Assembly (NCBI GenBank): GCA_964580525.1
Contig: CAZOKN010000004.1
Location: 4,749-68,748 of the forward strand
Source: an uncultured Rickettsiaceae bacterium
GTDB taxonomy: Bacteria > Pseudomonadota > Alphaproteobacteria > Rickettsiales > UBA6187
Length of the DNA: 64,000 bases
Direction of reading: 5' to 3'
Shown here: piece after piece, positions 39,217 to 49,489 of the stretch
How positions within the stretch are numbered: the stretch's first letter is position 1
Layout: each line of letters opens with the position of its first letter
The notes under the pieces: generated by a model
Told to the model about the DNA's origin: nothing
The model's input: the letters and a program-made list of their open reading frames with translations, nothing else
The model's database searches: none
Made by a program: the position numbers and the translations under genes

Positions 39217-39987
39217 CTATTTTAATCCAGCTTTACCAGGCAACCTTGAAAAAATAGGATCTGTAAGGCGTGGTGGTAAAATACTTGCCAGCCAAACAAT
39301 AAAGTATAAAGGTAAAGGAAAAGCAATGCGTGCAGGATTCTTTTGTAATTTTTTTACTATCAATTTAGCAGCCTTACGCGCATCCATTAAAAATGGCATA
39401 TAAAAGCTGTTAACATCTGTCATTGGCGTTTTGATATAGCCGGGTGTTACAACAGTAACTCCGACCCCATCTCTTCTTAAAGCTCCTCTAGTAGCTTCTC
39501 CATAAAGCTTAACTGCAGCTTTGCTGGCCGAATATGCAGGAGAGCTTGGCAAACCACGATAACCAGCTAAAGAGCTTATTATAACTATTTGTCCTTTGCA
39601 TCTTTTGCGCATTTCTAGCATGGCAGGATAAACCGTGTTGATAACACCATAAATATTAGTGTCACAAATATTTTTTATTTGTTCATAACTTTCGACACCA
39701 CCGGCAGTTCCTGCTGATATTCCGGCATTGGCAATTACAACATCAAGCCTATATCTATCGGCCATTTCACCTATCCAATCAAACATTGTTTGTTTGTCAG
39801 TGACATCACAAATTTTTATATAGACTTCTGCACCTTTATCCTCACAAACTCTTTTAATAGCGTCTAATCGGGATTCATTTCTGCCAGAAAGAAAAAGCCT
39901 GATACCCTTGTCAGCGTAAGCTTCTGCAAGAGCAAAACCAATTCCACTATTTGCACCAGTTATTAATATGTTATTAGGATTTTTCAA
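39217..39987 (-). CDS. SDR family oxidoreductase
   Basis: ITGANSGIGFA, NAG and the YSASKAA catalytic motif. Confidence 0.85.
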   Translation of the reverse strand: MKNPNNILITGANSGIGFALAEAYADKGIRLFLSGRNESRLDAIKRVCEDKGAEVYIKICDVTDKQTMFDWIGEMADRYRLDVVIANAGISAGTAGGVESYEQIKNICDTNIYGVINTVYPAMLEMRKRCKGQIVIISSLAGYRGLPSSPAYSASKAAVKLYGEATRGALRRDGVGVTVVTPGYIKTPMTDVNSFYMPFLMDARKAAKLIVKKLQKNPARIAFPLPLYFIVWLASILPPRLTDPIFSRLPGKAGLK

Positions 39988-40108
39988 GTTACTTACCCTA
40001 TTTCAAAAACTTTGTTTTTGTATTTTTTCTATCCCCCTTAATTAAAAGATTAGACAGCGTTGTCAAAGAATATTATAAAAACCTTTATAATTTTAAAGTA
40101 ATGAGAAA

Positions 40109-40747
40109 ATGCCAGATCAAAATCTTAAGCGCCGTGGTTTTATGTTTGTGCTGTCATCACCTTCAGGTGCTGGAAAAACAACACTTTCTCGCTTATTGTT
40201 ACAAAATGATAATAATTTAGTTATGTCTGTGTCATATACCACCAGACAGCAGCGGCCGCAAGAGGCGCATGGTATTGACTATTATTTCGTCTCAGAAAAA
40301 GAATTTGAAAAAAAAATAGATGAAAAATATTTTTATGAATATGCCGAAGTATTCGGTAATTATTATGGTACGCCACGTAAAAAGGTAGAAGATTCTTTAG
40401 ATTTAGGAAAAGATATTATTTTTGATATCGATTGGCAGGGAACAAGACGTTTAACTTCTAAAGCCCGAGATGATATTGTCAGTGTTTTTATTCTACCACC
40501 TTCAATGAAAGAACTTGGTAGAAGGCTTACTTCCAGAGGACAAGATAGTGAAGAAGTTATAAAAAAACGTATGGCACGGGCAAGTGACGAAATAAGCCAT
40601 TGGGATGAATACGACTATGTTATCGTAAATGAAAACATAGATGCTAGCCTGCAGAATATTTTATATATCATCAAATCTGAACGCTTAAAAAGAATGCGCC
40701 AGCAGGGACTTTCTGATTTTATAGGAAAACTACTGAAGCAGAAGTAG
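40109..40747 (+). CDS. gmk: guanylate kinase
   Basis: SSPSGAGKTTL P-loop and TTRQQRPQEAHGIDYYFVS. Confidence 0.9.
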   Translation: MPDQNLKRRGFMFVLSSPSGAGKTTLSRLLLQNDNNLVMSVSYTTRQQRPQEAHGIDYYFVSEKEFEKKIDEKYFYEYAEVFGNYYGTPRKKVEDSLDLGKDIIFDIDWQGTRRLTSKARDDIVSVFILPPSMKELGRRLTSRGQDSEEVIKKRMARASDEISHWDEYDYVIVNENIDASLQNILYIIKSERLKRMRQQGLSDFIGKLLKQK

Positions 40748-40783
40748 TTTTAATTTGCATCTGCGTTCCAGATAATAAAATTT

Positions 40784-42943
40784 CTAATATTCATCTGGAA
40801 CTGGTTCACCCTCAGGAGAGACTTCTTCCTGCTTATTTTCGTTCATGTAACTGTTCTCTGGGATTGGAGGAATATCCTGCTCTTGTATCTCTGTACTAGG
40901 AGCTTGTGGTTTCGGTTCCGGTTTTCTCTTATCGGTATCGAAAGTTCTTATTATATTATCCCATACAGAATCAGTATTTTCCTTTGTTTTTTCGATACTT
41001 TCTTCGTTATCTACTGAATTTTTCTCATAATCATTTATTGCTCTTCCATCAGCAATATCAGATTCGTTAGTAGGAATTGAAGTGTCGTTTGTGACATTGG
41101 CCATAACAGGCTGCATAAAATCATGCCATATAGCTGCCGGAATACTTCCTCCCGCAACTTTTTTCATAGGTTTGTTGTCATCATTACCAACCCATATGCC
41201 TGCTACATAATTACTTGTGAATCCAATAAACCAAGCATCTCTATAATTCTGGCTGGTTCCTGTTTTTCCGGCGGCTGGAAAACCTATCTGCGCTCGTTTT
41301 CCTGTTCCATAATCCACAACGCTTAAAAGTAACTTGTTCATGTTGGATACAACTTCAGGGCTTAAGATTCTATGATTTTCAGATTGGTGACGTAAGTATA
41401 TAACGTTACCATCTCCATTGGTAATTTCTGTAATGCCGTGTACCCATAACGCATTTCCGTAATTTGCTAAATGCGCATAGGCACCAGTCATGTCCAAAAG
41501 GGTTACATCAGAGGTTCCCAGTGCTGAGCTAAGGTCTCTATTAATTTCGGTGGATATGCCAAGTCTGTACGCTACATCTATTACTTTTCTGATTCCAACG
41601 CTTTGTGACAACTTTACAGATATTGTATTTATTGATTTAGCAAAGGCATCCATAAGTGACACTTCGCCTATGTATTTGTCATCATAATTTTCTGGGGACC
41701 AATTTCTTAGTTTTATTGGTTCATCAATAAGTTTGTCGTTGGGTTCGAAGCCATTTTCAAATGCCGCTAGATAGACAAATAGTTTGAAAGAGGATCCTGG
41801 TTGACGTAAGGCTTGCGTGGCTCTGTTGAATTGACTATCACCAAATGACCTTCCGCCTATCATAGAAAGTATATCACCTTGTGGCGACATAACCACCATA
41901 GCTCCCTGGCTAATTCCCTTTTCTGCGCCAGATTCAGCTAAATGTGCCTCAAAAGATTTTTCTGCAAGCTTCTGCATGTTTGAATCAAGAGTGGTATGCA
42001 CAACAACTTCCATTTCCTGATTTCCTACATAATCTGGAAGTTGTTCTTTAATCCACTGAACGAAATAAGGGCTCTCTGTTTTTATGACTCTCGTTCTAAC
42101 TGAAAGATTCAAATCTTTCATATTAAAAACCATTTCAGACGGCGTTATTACGCCATTTTCTACCATGCTAGCTAAAACAGTATCAGTTCTTTGTTTTGTT
42201 AAATCTAGATTATTACTAGCTGGAGAATATTTTGAAGGAGCCTTTATTAGGCCTGCTAACATTGCAGATTCATATAATCCGATATCAGTTACACGCTTAC
42301 CAAAATAAGATCTCGAAGCGGCATCGACGCCATAATTGCCATTGCCTAGGTAGATGCGGTTGAGGTACATGGCAATTATTTGCTGTTTGGTATAATGTTT
42401 CTCTATATACAGTGCCAACATTACTTCTTGAATTTTACGTCTTATAGTTCTGTCCGGGCTCAAGAAAACAACTTTTGCTAATTGTTGTGTTATAGTACTG
42501 CCACCCTGTACGACGCCGCCGGCCACAGAATTTCTAACGGCTGCGCGGAGAATGCCAACCAAATCAATACCAAAATGTTTAAAGAATCTTCTATCCTCTA
42601 TAGAGGTAACGGCGTTAATAAGGTTTTTTGGTAATTTCTCATAAGGAACATATTCACTATGTAAACTGCCGAAGTTGGCTATAAGATTGTTATCCCTATC
42701 TAATATTCTAATTGCAGGAGTTTTTATATTCTCATCAAGCTTCTTCACATCAGGCAAGTCATAAGCATAGTAAGAAAGTAATATAGAGAACGCTATAATT
42801 CCCCACATGGCAAGAATGATTGATGTTTTTATCAACCATATTGAAAATGAAGTTTTTTCAGCTAAAGACTTCCTCATTCGACTAAAAGAACGCCCTCTTT
42901 TACGAATATTTGCTTTTTTTGCTTTTGTTCTCTTGCGCGGCAT
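40784..42943 (-). CDS. mrcA: penicillin-binding protein 1A (bifunctional glycosyltransferase/transpeptidase)
   Basis: GT51 motifs EDRRFFKHFGID and GGSTITQQ. Transpeptidase motifs SSFK, SIN and KTGTS. Confidence 0.9.
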   Translation of the reverse strand: MPRKRTKAKKANIRKRGRSFSRMRKSLAEKTSFSIWLIKTSIILAMWGIIAFSILLSYYAYDLPDVKKLDENIKTPAIRILDRDNNLIANFGSLHSEYVPYEKLPKNLINAVTSIEDRRFFKHFGIDLVGILRAAVRNSVAGGVVQGGSTITQQLAKVVFLSPDRTIRRKIQEVMLALYIEKHYTKQQIIAMYLNRIYLGNGNYGVDAASRSYFGKRVTDIGLYESAMLAGLIKAPSKYSPASNNLDLTKQRTDTVLASMVENGVITPSEMVFNMKDLNLSVRTRVIKTESPYFVQWIKEQLPDYVGNQEMEVVVHTTLDSNMQKLAEKSFEAHLAESGAEKGISQGAMVVMSPQGDILSMIGGRSFGDSQFNRATQALRQPGSSFKLFVYLAAFENGFEPNDKLIDEPIKLRNWSPENYDDKYIGEVSLMDAFAKSINTISVKLSQSVGIRKVIDVAYRLGISTEINRDLSSALGTSDVTLLDMTGAYAHLANYGNALWVHGITEITNGDGNVIYLRHQSENHRILSPEVVSNMNKLLLSVVDYGTGKRAQIGFPAAGKTGTSQNYRDAWFIGFTSNYVAGIWVGNDDNKPMKKVAGGSIPAAIWHDFMQPVMANVTNDTSIPTNESDIADGRAINDYEKNSVDNEESIEKTKENTDSVWDNIIRTFDTDKRKPEPKPQAPSTEIQEQDIPPIPENSYMNENKQEEVSPEGEPVPDEY

Positions 42944-43008
42944 AATATTTTTTCTTATGTTGCAATTTTTAAATTTTAACTAGAACTCAATCTTATAACT
43001 TTTTTTAT

Positions 43009-43344
43009 ATGGATAATACAGAATTTATTGAAATAGCAGAAGACACTTTACAAAAAATATTCGAAGCCATCGAAGAAGCTGATCAAGAATATTTGTTGGA
43101 AATGGATTTTATGGACGGAATGTTGGATATAGAACTGCCTGATGGTAGGAAATATATAATCAACAGACATAACTCCAGTCAGCAGATATGGGTTTCTTCG
43201 CCAATCAGCGGTGCTAGCCATTTTTCTTACGAAGAAGACGAAGAAATATGGAAGGATTCGGCTGATAACGACATAAACGAGTTCCTGACTCAGGAATTAA
43301 AGCAGGTCGCAGGGTTGAATATTAAGAAGTATCTTGAAGTTTAG
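43009..43344 (+). CDS. cyaY: iron donor protein CyaY (frataxin homolog)
   Basis: 111 aa with an acidic N-terminal helix. INRHNSSQQIWVSSPISG matches the frataxin core. Confidence 0.8.
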   Translation: MDNTEFIEIAEDTLQKIFEAIEEADQEYLLEMDFMDGMLDIELPDGRKYIINRHNSSQQIWVSSPISGASHFSYEEDEEIWKDSADNDINEFLTQELKQVAGLNIKKYLEV

Positions 43345-45062
43345 GTTAGAGCCATCTCTTCTTCAAAGATAGGTTTTCTTACCCTTTCTTTTGGCATAAT
43401 GATGAAAATCGTTGTGCCTGAGCCTTGCTTGCTTTCAAGTCGGAACTGACCACCGTGTAATTCTGTAAACATCTTAGAAAGCGGAAGGCCCAGGCCTGTT
43501 CCTTCGTGTGCCATATCTTTATTTACCTGTTCGAATAGCGACAGCGCTTTTGGTATATCGTCTTGCGCTATTCCTATGCCTGTATCTGTGACTTGAATAA
43601 CGAAGCAACCATCGCTATTTAGATATGCTGAAATTGCAATACTTCCAGCCTCCGGCGTGAATTTTACGGAATTTGATAAAAGATTTAGTATAATTTGTTG
43701 GATTTTCTTTTTATCAGCGTAAATACTGTTAATGTTCCTTTTTGTATTATTGACTAGTTTTATATTTTTAATTTTTGCCTTTTGTTCTACAATTCGTAAT
43801 GATTGATTAATAAGGCTATATATATTCACAATATCTTCTTTAAGCTTTAGTTTTCCAACTTCGCCTTTTGAGAAATCTAGTATATCCGTTATAAGCTCTA
43901 AAAGGTGATGTCCGCACATGCTTATGTCTGCAATTCTTTCGGCTTGGGCTGAATTAAATTTGCCGAAATAACCGCCGGATAGCATATCAGAAAAACCTAT
44001 AATAGCATTTAGTGGAGTACGTAATTCATGACTCATTTTTGCGAGAAAGTCTGATTTTGTCTGGCTGGCTATAATAGCTTTTTTCTCAGAATCTTTTGAT
44101 TGCTGAACTTGTTTGTCTAGAAGTCTTACTAGGAAGCCAATAGTTAATATAAAAAGCGAAAAAACAATACCGAATATAATGTAATTGTTTTTCTTTGTTT
44201 GCCATTGATTTCCAAAGGAATTGCCTTGCTTCATGATGGCTATAGAGAGAGGAATATTTTTTAATTTATCAAAAGCAAAAATGGCAAATTCATCATTAAC
44301 ATATCGTTCAACGATACTGATATTTTTATCATCAGTAGAATGAGTGACATCATGTTCACTTGTGGCTGCATTAAACATTTCTTTTTTATTTCCTGAAACA
44401 TCACCAAGAAGCAAGGTATTGTCAGAAGTGTATATGTAAGTGTCTAAATCTTGGTTTCCATCTACTGATTTAAGCAGGCTTTCTAGATAATTTCCGTCAA
44501 TTACAGCAACAGCAATGCCGCCAAATCCACCTTCTACGGTGTCTATTCTTCTGCTTATGAAAATATCATTACTACCAGTAATTAGCGATTTGCTTATAAT
44601 TGAACCAGCATTTTCATTATTTTTTTGAGCATAAAAATGATTTCCTATGTTAAAAAGCTCGCCTTCTTTAACTCCTATATCATGCTCGTCTTTACTGTAC
44701 AGAACATCAACAATTCTACTTTCGTCAACTATCATCATGGCTTCAATATGCGGTGTTGAATTAACCCATATCGCCATATTATGCATCATATCTTCTTTTA
44801 AAGATTTTCCGAAAAGAATGTTGAAGTATTGCCGTTCTGCAGCTCTTTGCAATGTCTGATCCACAGTTATAAAGCCCAGCTCAACATTGGAAGAAATAAC
44901 ATATGTTATTCTTTTTAAATCTGATTTTGTTTGTTCAATGCTTAGTTTTTTATCGCTATTTATTTGAGCAAATATTAAATAACAAACCAGGGCGAGGGTT
45001 GCCACGCTAAGGTTCATCAATAGCTTTCTATTTGAAATATTATTAGTGTATTTTTTTATCAT
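43341..45062 (-). CDS. sensor histidine kinase with a large extracytoplasmic domain between two TM segments
   Basis: H-box SHELRTPLNAIIGFSDML, N-box NLLSNSVKFT, and G-boxes DTGIGI and GTGLGL. There is no receiver domain and no adjacent response regulator. Confidence 0.88.
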   Translation of the reverse strand: MIKKYTNNISNRKLLMNLSVATLALVCYLIFAQINSDKKLSIEQTKSDLKRITYVISSNVELGFITVDQTLQRAAERQYFNILFGKSLKEDMMHNMAIWVNSTPHIEAMMIVDESRIVDVLYSKDEHDIGVKEGELFNIGNHFYAQKNNENAGSIISKSLITGSNDIFISRRIDTVEGGFGGIAVAVIDGNYLESLLKSVDGNQDLDTYIYTSDNTLLLGDVSGNKKEMFNAATSEHDVTHSTDDKNISIVERYVNDEFAIFAFDKLKNIPLSIAIMKQGNSFGNQWQTKKNNYIIFGIVFSLFILTIGFLVRLLDKQVQQSKDSEKKAIIASQTKSDFLAKMSHELRTPLNAIIGFSDMLSGGYFGKFNSAQAERIADISMCGHHLLELITDILDFSKGEVGKLKLKEDIVNIYSLINQSLRIVEQKAKIKNIKLVNNTKRNINSIYADKKKIQQIILNLLSNSVKFTPEAGSIAISAYLNSDGCFVIQVTDTGIGIAQDDIPKALSLFEQVNKDMAHEGTGLGLPLSKMFTELHGGQFRLESKQGSGTTIFIIMPKERVRKPIFEEEMALT

Positions 45063-45177
45063 ATAGACTGATTATCTTGCCAGTTAGTATAGTTATGCAT
45101 TATTACATACAATCTGATTATTAATCATTAATTAATAAAAATTATTCACATAAAAATTTATTGATACATACACTATT

Positions 45178-46695
45178 ATGGTTGCACATATCAACACTAT
45201 CGCTTTTGAAGGAATAACTGCACAGGATATAGATGTGCAAGTCCATATTACAACAGGACTACCAGCTTTTAATATAGTTGGCTTACCTGATAAAGCCATA
45301 GGAGAATCTAAAGAGCGTATAAGATCAGCGATGACATCACTTGGTTTGTCTTTGCCCCCTTCACGTATAACTGTAAATTTATCACCAGCAGATGTTTTGA
45401 AGGAAGGTAGTCACTATGATTTGGCTATTGCTCTTGGATTAATGGTGGAAATGAATCTTTTGAGTGCTGAGGAAATTGCAGGATATGTTGTATTGGGTGA
45501 ACTTTCTCTTGATGGGACTATAACTCCTGTTGCTGGTGTTTTACCAACAGCTATTCACGCATCATCAAAAAATAAGGGAATAGTTTGCCCTGTTGCTAAT
45601 AAAGGAGAGGCAGTTTGGGCGGGTGATATAAGTATTTTGGCTCCGAAAAATCTCCTTGAGATAATCAATCATTTTAAGGGTAGCCAAATCCTTCAGCAGC
45701 CATCACTTGATTTAATTTATGATTCAGATTCTGAAACTATTTATCCAGATTTGAAAGATATAAAAGGTCAGGAAACAGCGAAGCGTGCTCTTGAAATTGC
45801 TGCTTCAGGCAATCACAATATATTAATGGTTGGTCCTCCAGGATCTGGAAAGTCGATGTTAGCATCGCGTCTTCCTGGTATTATTCCTGAATTAGATAAT
45901 CGTGAAATGCTTGATGTTAGTATGATATCGAGTATTTCAAATAATTTGCCGGATGGTAAACTTAAAAAACAAAGACCATTCCGAGAACCTCATCATTCAT
46001 GTTCTATGGCGGCGATGGTAGGGGGTGGTAAAAGGCCTTTGCCAGGTGAAATAACCCTTTCTCATAATGGCGTCTTGTTTCTTGATGAATTGCCAGAGTT
46101 TCCGCGTCAGGTTCTAGATTCTCTGAGGCAGCCATTGGAAACCGGTAAAGTTACCGTTTCACGGGCACAAGCACATGTTACATACCCAGCAAATTTTCAG
46201 CTTGTGGCTGCTATGAACCCTTGTCGTTGCGGATATTTGGGAGATCAATCTAGGTGCTGCAATAAAGCGCCAAAATGTGGGATAGACTATCAATCAAGAA
46301 TATCTGGCCCGTTATTTGATCGTATCGACATACATATTGATGTTCCGCCAGTGACGCCGGCTGATTTAACTAAGGAGCCTTCAAAAGAAGGTTCTAAAGA
46401 GGTTGCAGAAAGGGTTAAAAAAGCTAGGGAAATTCAATTAAAACGTTATGCAAATAGTAACATACGTACTAATTCAGAAGCGGATGGCCAATTATTGCAG
46501 GAAACGGCCATGCCAGATGACGATGCTAAAGCTATGTTGAACATGGCTTATGAAAAAATGGGACTCTCAATGCGTGGATATAATCGTATTTTGAGGGTTT
46601 CTCGAACTATAGCGGATATGGAGGCTAGTCAGAGTATTAAGAAACACCATGTGGCTGAGGCGTTGAATTATAGGCAAATTTTCCTAAAATCGTGA
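45178..46695 (+). CDS. YifB/ComM family Mg-chelatase-like AAA ATPase
   Basis: N-terminal Lon-like domain, GPPGSGKSM Walker A, GVLFLDELPEF Walker B and a Cys cluster CRCGYLGDQSRCC. Confidence 0.88.
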   Translation: MVAHINTIAFEGITAQDIDVQVHITTGLPAFNIVGLPDKAIGESKERIRSAMTSLGLSLPPSRITVNLSPADVLKEGSHYDLAIALGLMVEMNLLSAEEIAGYVVLGELSLDGTITPVAGVLPTAIHASSKNKGIVCPVANKGEAVWAGDISILAPKNLLEIINHFKGSQILQQPSLDLIYDSDSETIYPDLKDIKGQETAKRALEIAASGNHNILMVGPPGSGKSMLASRLPGIIPELDNREMLDVSMISSISNNLPDGKLKKQRPFREPHHSCSMAAMVGGGKRPLPGEITLSHNGVLFLDELPEFPRQVLDSLRQPLETGKVTVSRAQAHVTYPANFQLVAAMNPCRCGYLGDQSRCCNKAPKCGIDYQSRISGPLFDRIDIHIDVPPVTPADLTKEPSKEGSKEVAERVKKAREIQLKRYANSNIRTNSEADGQLLQETAMPDDDAKAMLNMAYEKMGLSMRGYNRILRVSRTIADMEASQSIKKHHVAEALNYRQIFLKS

Positions 46696-46805
46696 AAAAG
46701 CTGTATATTGCCCTGGTTTTGTAATAAAATCTTAATATAGTAGTGGTACAATGTATCCTCGTATGTTAACAAACTGTTATATAAAAATTTACAGGTTTTG
46801 AAGTT

Positions 46806-47378
46806 ATGTCTAAAGATGATAATTCTCCAGTTCAGGTTTCTAAACAGAATGTTTTGGATGAAGCTTGGAAGGTGGGAGCTCCTCTGAGAAAAAATTGGGG
46901 AATTGGTGGACAGGAGCGTTCTCGGGAGCAAACAGCAATTGAGGATAGCAAAAAAGTAATACATAGTTTCTGTACTCAGCTTAATTCTCTTGATAAACAG
47001 GCCTTGGATGAGGTTTTTGTCGTGTATCGAGTGTTATCTGCTAACGAACAAGAGTCTAAAGAAACTACTCTATCTGATGATCGTCTGAGCAAATTAAATC
47101 TTGTTACATCCGTTCCTGAAGATGAAGCAAATATAAGACTTGATAAAATACGGGATGGTAGAGCGCAGTTTTTAGAAGCTTGTAAAAATCTTCCTGCCGA
47201 AGAAAGGGAAGCATTGATCTTGTTCTTTTCGCAGATTTCTTCTCAAAAACCTGAGAAAGCTCTGAATTTAATGAATTCTATAGGAATTAAGATAGAAGAA
47301 AATGATGTGAAATTGGCAAGTGAGTTGGGAGCAAAAATAGATCAAGATAAGGATAAATCTAAAAAAGAGTTTTTTTAA
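46806..47378 (+). CDS. hypothetical protein, tandem paralog 1
   Basis: 190 aa with no family I recognise. It shares a ~100-aa module with the next gene (V[YF]xVLS .. [SN]VPE[DN] .. LIxF .. AL..[NY]S[IL]GIK). Confidence 0.55.
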   Translation: MSKDDNSPVQVSKQNVLDEAWKVGAPLRKNWGIGGQERSREQTAIEDSKKVIHSFCTQLNSLDKQALDEVFVVYRVLSANEQESKETTLSDDRLSKLNLVTSVPEDEANIRLDKIRDGRAQFLEACKNLPAEEREALILFFSQISSQKPEKALNLMNSIGIKIEENDVKLASELGAKIDQDKDKSKKEFF

Positions 47379-47414
47379 AAGTCTTTAACAGGTTTTGCGT
47401 CTTATTCTGATGAT

Positions 47415-48317
47415 GTGAAGAATGACCTTCTTGCAGTGTTCGATGTTCTTTCTGAGAAAGATGATAAAGGAATACCTTTGTCAGAAAAAATTATAATTGC
47501 AAAGGCTAAGAATCTTTCAATATTTGCAAATGTTCCGGAAAATCTTATAGCTTCTAGTTTAAAAGAAATAGCTAATGAAAAAGCTAATCTTGTTAGTTCA
47601 TGTGAAGATTTGACAAAAGAAAAAAGATCATCCCTGATACAATTTGTTGCTAAGACTTTTGATACAGATAATGAGAATGCTTTAAAAGTCATATATAGCC
47701 TTGGCATAAAAGCTCATGATAAAGACAAGGAAATTGTAAAGAATCTGAACGATGCTGAAGCTAAATATGAAGCAGAGAAAAACAAAAAGAATAACTCTGG
47801 CAATGAAGAAGAAAGAAAGTTTGGATCAAAAAAGCAAAGAGCTATTGAACAAGAAAAAGAAAAGAAATTTAATGATGCGGCAACTGGCCAAGCAGTATCT
47901 GAAATAGCCGGAGTTCTTGTTGGAACTGCAACAGGTATTGCTGCTGATTTCTTTAAATGGATGGGTGAAGATTGGGCGATGTTTGCGAAATTTTTTGCTT
48001 CATTAGATAAGGCTATTGGAAAGATCTTTAAGACTATAGATCAGGGTCTTACTAAAGTTCAGAAAGAAAATGCTAACCCTGCTCAGCTCGAATTATTAAA
48101 TTCACAGGATAAAGCAAAAGGAAAGGCTTCTCCAGCTCCTGAAAAGAAAGGGGACTCAAAATCGGCAAATACTCCAGAAAGAAAGGGTAAAGCGGATCTT
48201 GAGGCGGCTAACCCAGATGATTACAGTGATGTTTCTGGAAAGCAGGTAATACCTAGCCAAATGCATAGTGGAAGTGCCGGAAAAGCAGGTCCAGATCGTG
48301 GTGGAATAGGACGATAG
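47415..48317 (+). CDS. hypothetical protein, tandem paralog 2, with a hydrophobic/amphipathic central segment and a K/P/G-rich tail
   Basis: 300 aa, GTG start. The N-terminal module is paralogous to 46806-47378. The central segment is AVSEIAGVLVGTATGIAADFFKWM. Confidence 0.55.
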   Translation: MKNDLLAVFDVLSEKDDKGIPLSEKIIIAKAKNLSIFANVPENLIASSLKEIANEKANLVSSCEDLTKEKRSSLIQFVAKTFDTDNENALKVIYSLGIKAHDKDKEIVKNLNDAEAKYEAEKNKKNNSGNEEERKFGSKKQRAIEQEKEKKFNDAATGQAVSEIAGVLVGTATGIAADFFKWMGEDWAMFAKFFASLDKAIGKIFKTIDQGLTKVQKENANPAQLELLNSQDKAKGKASPAPEKKGDSKSANTPERKGKADLEAANPDDYSDVSGKQVIPSQMHSGSAGKAGPDRGGIGR

Positions 48318-48325
48318 GAAAAGAA

Positions 48326-48359
48326 AAAATAGGAGGAATTATTTTCCGCCTATTTTTTT
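48326..48359 (+). terminator. rho-independent terminator
   Basis: aaaataggagg / ccgcctatttt stem (one mismatch), a 9-nt loop and a T-run, 9 nt after the stop at 48317. Confidence 0.65.
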
Positions 48360-48576
48360 ATTTTCAATATAGAAATATTGCGTACTCTACTACTAAGTTG
48401 CCACAAAGACACACTCCAAGAATAAAATCAATATATTCAGAAAAAATCCTTGAGGTTAACCATTTGTTAATGGCTGTGCTGCTACTTTCGTAAGCACAGA
48501 ACTTATTCCTATAATACAGCTATTTGTTTTATTGAGTGTATAAAAAACTTTTACTGTAGGAGATATACCATTGAAA

Positions 48577-48918
48577 ATGATTTTTAAGAAATGTATTTTT
48601 ATAGTCGGTCTTTGCTTACCTCACCTGGCTGATGCGCAGGTGATAAGTGTAGAAAATAAACTTTATGTTGCAGAAGGAACTTATAATCCTGGCAGGATTT
48701 ATGTTGTGAATCCGCCAAAGATTACGGATAGCGAAAATTTTGAAGAAAATCTTAATTATTTAATATACTATCCGGTTGGTGCGGCAGAATATTATAAGCC
48801 TTATATGGAGATGTATAAGCAAGCACTGGAAAAATATAAAACTGTTGTGGCATTCACTCAGAAGTCTAAGAGCAAGTCAAGCAGGCCTTATTATCCTATT
48901 TACTTCGATGGCGAATAG
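48577..48918 (+). CDS. small exported Tyr-rich protein ending in YPIYFDGE
   Basis: Signal peptide MIFKKCIFIVGLCLPHLADA. No family recognised. Confidence 0.55.
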   Translation: MIFKKCIFIVGLCLPHLADAQVISVENKLYVAEGTYNPGRIYVVNPPKITDSENFEENLNYLIYYPVGAAEYYKPYMEMYKQALEKYKTVVAFTQKSKSKSSRPYYPIYFDGE

Positions 48919-49043
48919 TAAATTTTCTCCCATAATAAAAAAATATTAAAGAAGATCAAGATTAGTCTTTGAATTATAGGGAATTTGTATTATATTGCAC
49001 CGCGGTATAAATTAATCCATATTAGTTAGGTTTCTGGTTTCCG

Positions 49044-49487
49044 ATGAAGAGGTTTGTATTTTCTTCAGTCAATGTTATGTTTTTTGTGGCGCTATTTCTT
49101 TCAGGATGCGTTAGGGAACATTACATGTCGGGTTCTGGCGGCACTGTTGACCAATATAATTCAGGCGAAATGGCAAAAGACTGGAGATCTCAGTTGAAAA
49201 GCGGTGGTGCTCCGAGTTATGACTATCCTCAGGATAATGATAGCGAATACTACGTTCCGAAAAAACCTGTGCCTGGTAGAGTTGTTCAGCCTGCGCCGGC
49301 TCCAACTCCTGCTCCTGTAGTTCCTCAATACACATATCCGAAGGGCTATAAAGAAGATTTAGACTCTGGTTATGATGGTTATGTATATCCTAAATATGAT
49401 CCGGATGCGGATAATGAAGGATATGGCGGAACTATAAGTAAGCAAAGAAAAGTTGATAAGTACGGTTATCCTATTTACTTGGATTAG
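49044..49487 (+). CDS. small Tyr/Pro-rich lipoprotein ending in YPIYLD
   Basis: Lipobox FLSGC. AP-rich linker PAPAPTPAPVVP. Confidence 0.55.
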   Translation: MKRFVFSSVNVMFFVALFLSGCVREHYMSGSGGTVDQYNSGEMAKDWRSQLKSGGAPSYDYPQDNDSEYYVPKKPVPGRVVQPAPAPTPAPVVPQYTYPKGYKEDLDSGYDGYVYPKYDPDADNEGYGGTISKQRKVDKYGYPIYLD

Positions 49488-49489
49488 TC

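Noticed and set aside
48360-48570. A ~210-nt non-coding gap with a 7-bp hairpin (ctgtgct 48474-48480 / agcacag 48493-48499) and a TATAAT at 48510-48515. It could be a small RNA or a promoter.
   Set aside because: The hairpin has no trailing T-run. The best -35 candidate (ttcgta) is poor. The gap is probably just the promoter and 5' UTR of the 48577 gene, and the evidence is insufficient for a feature call.
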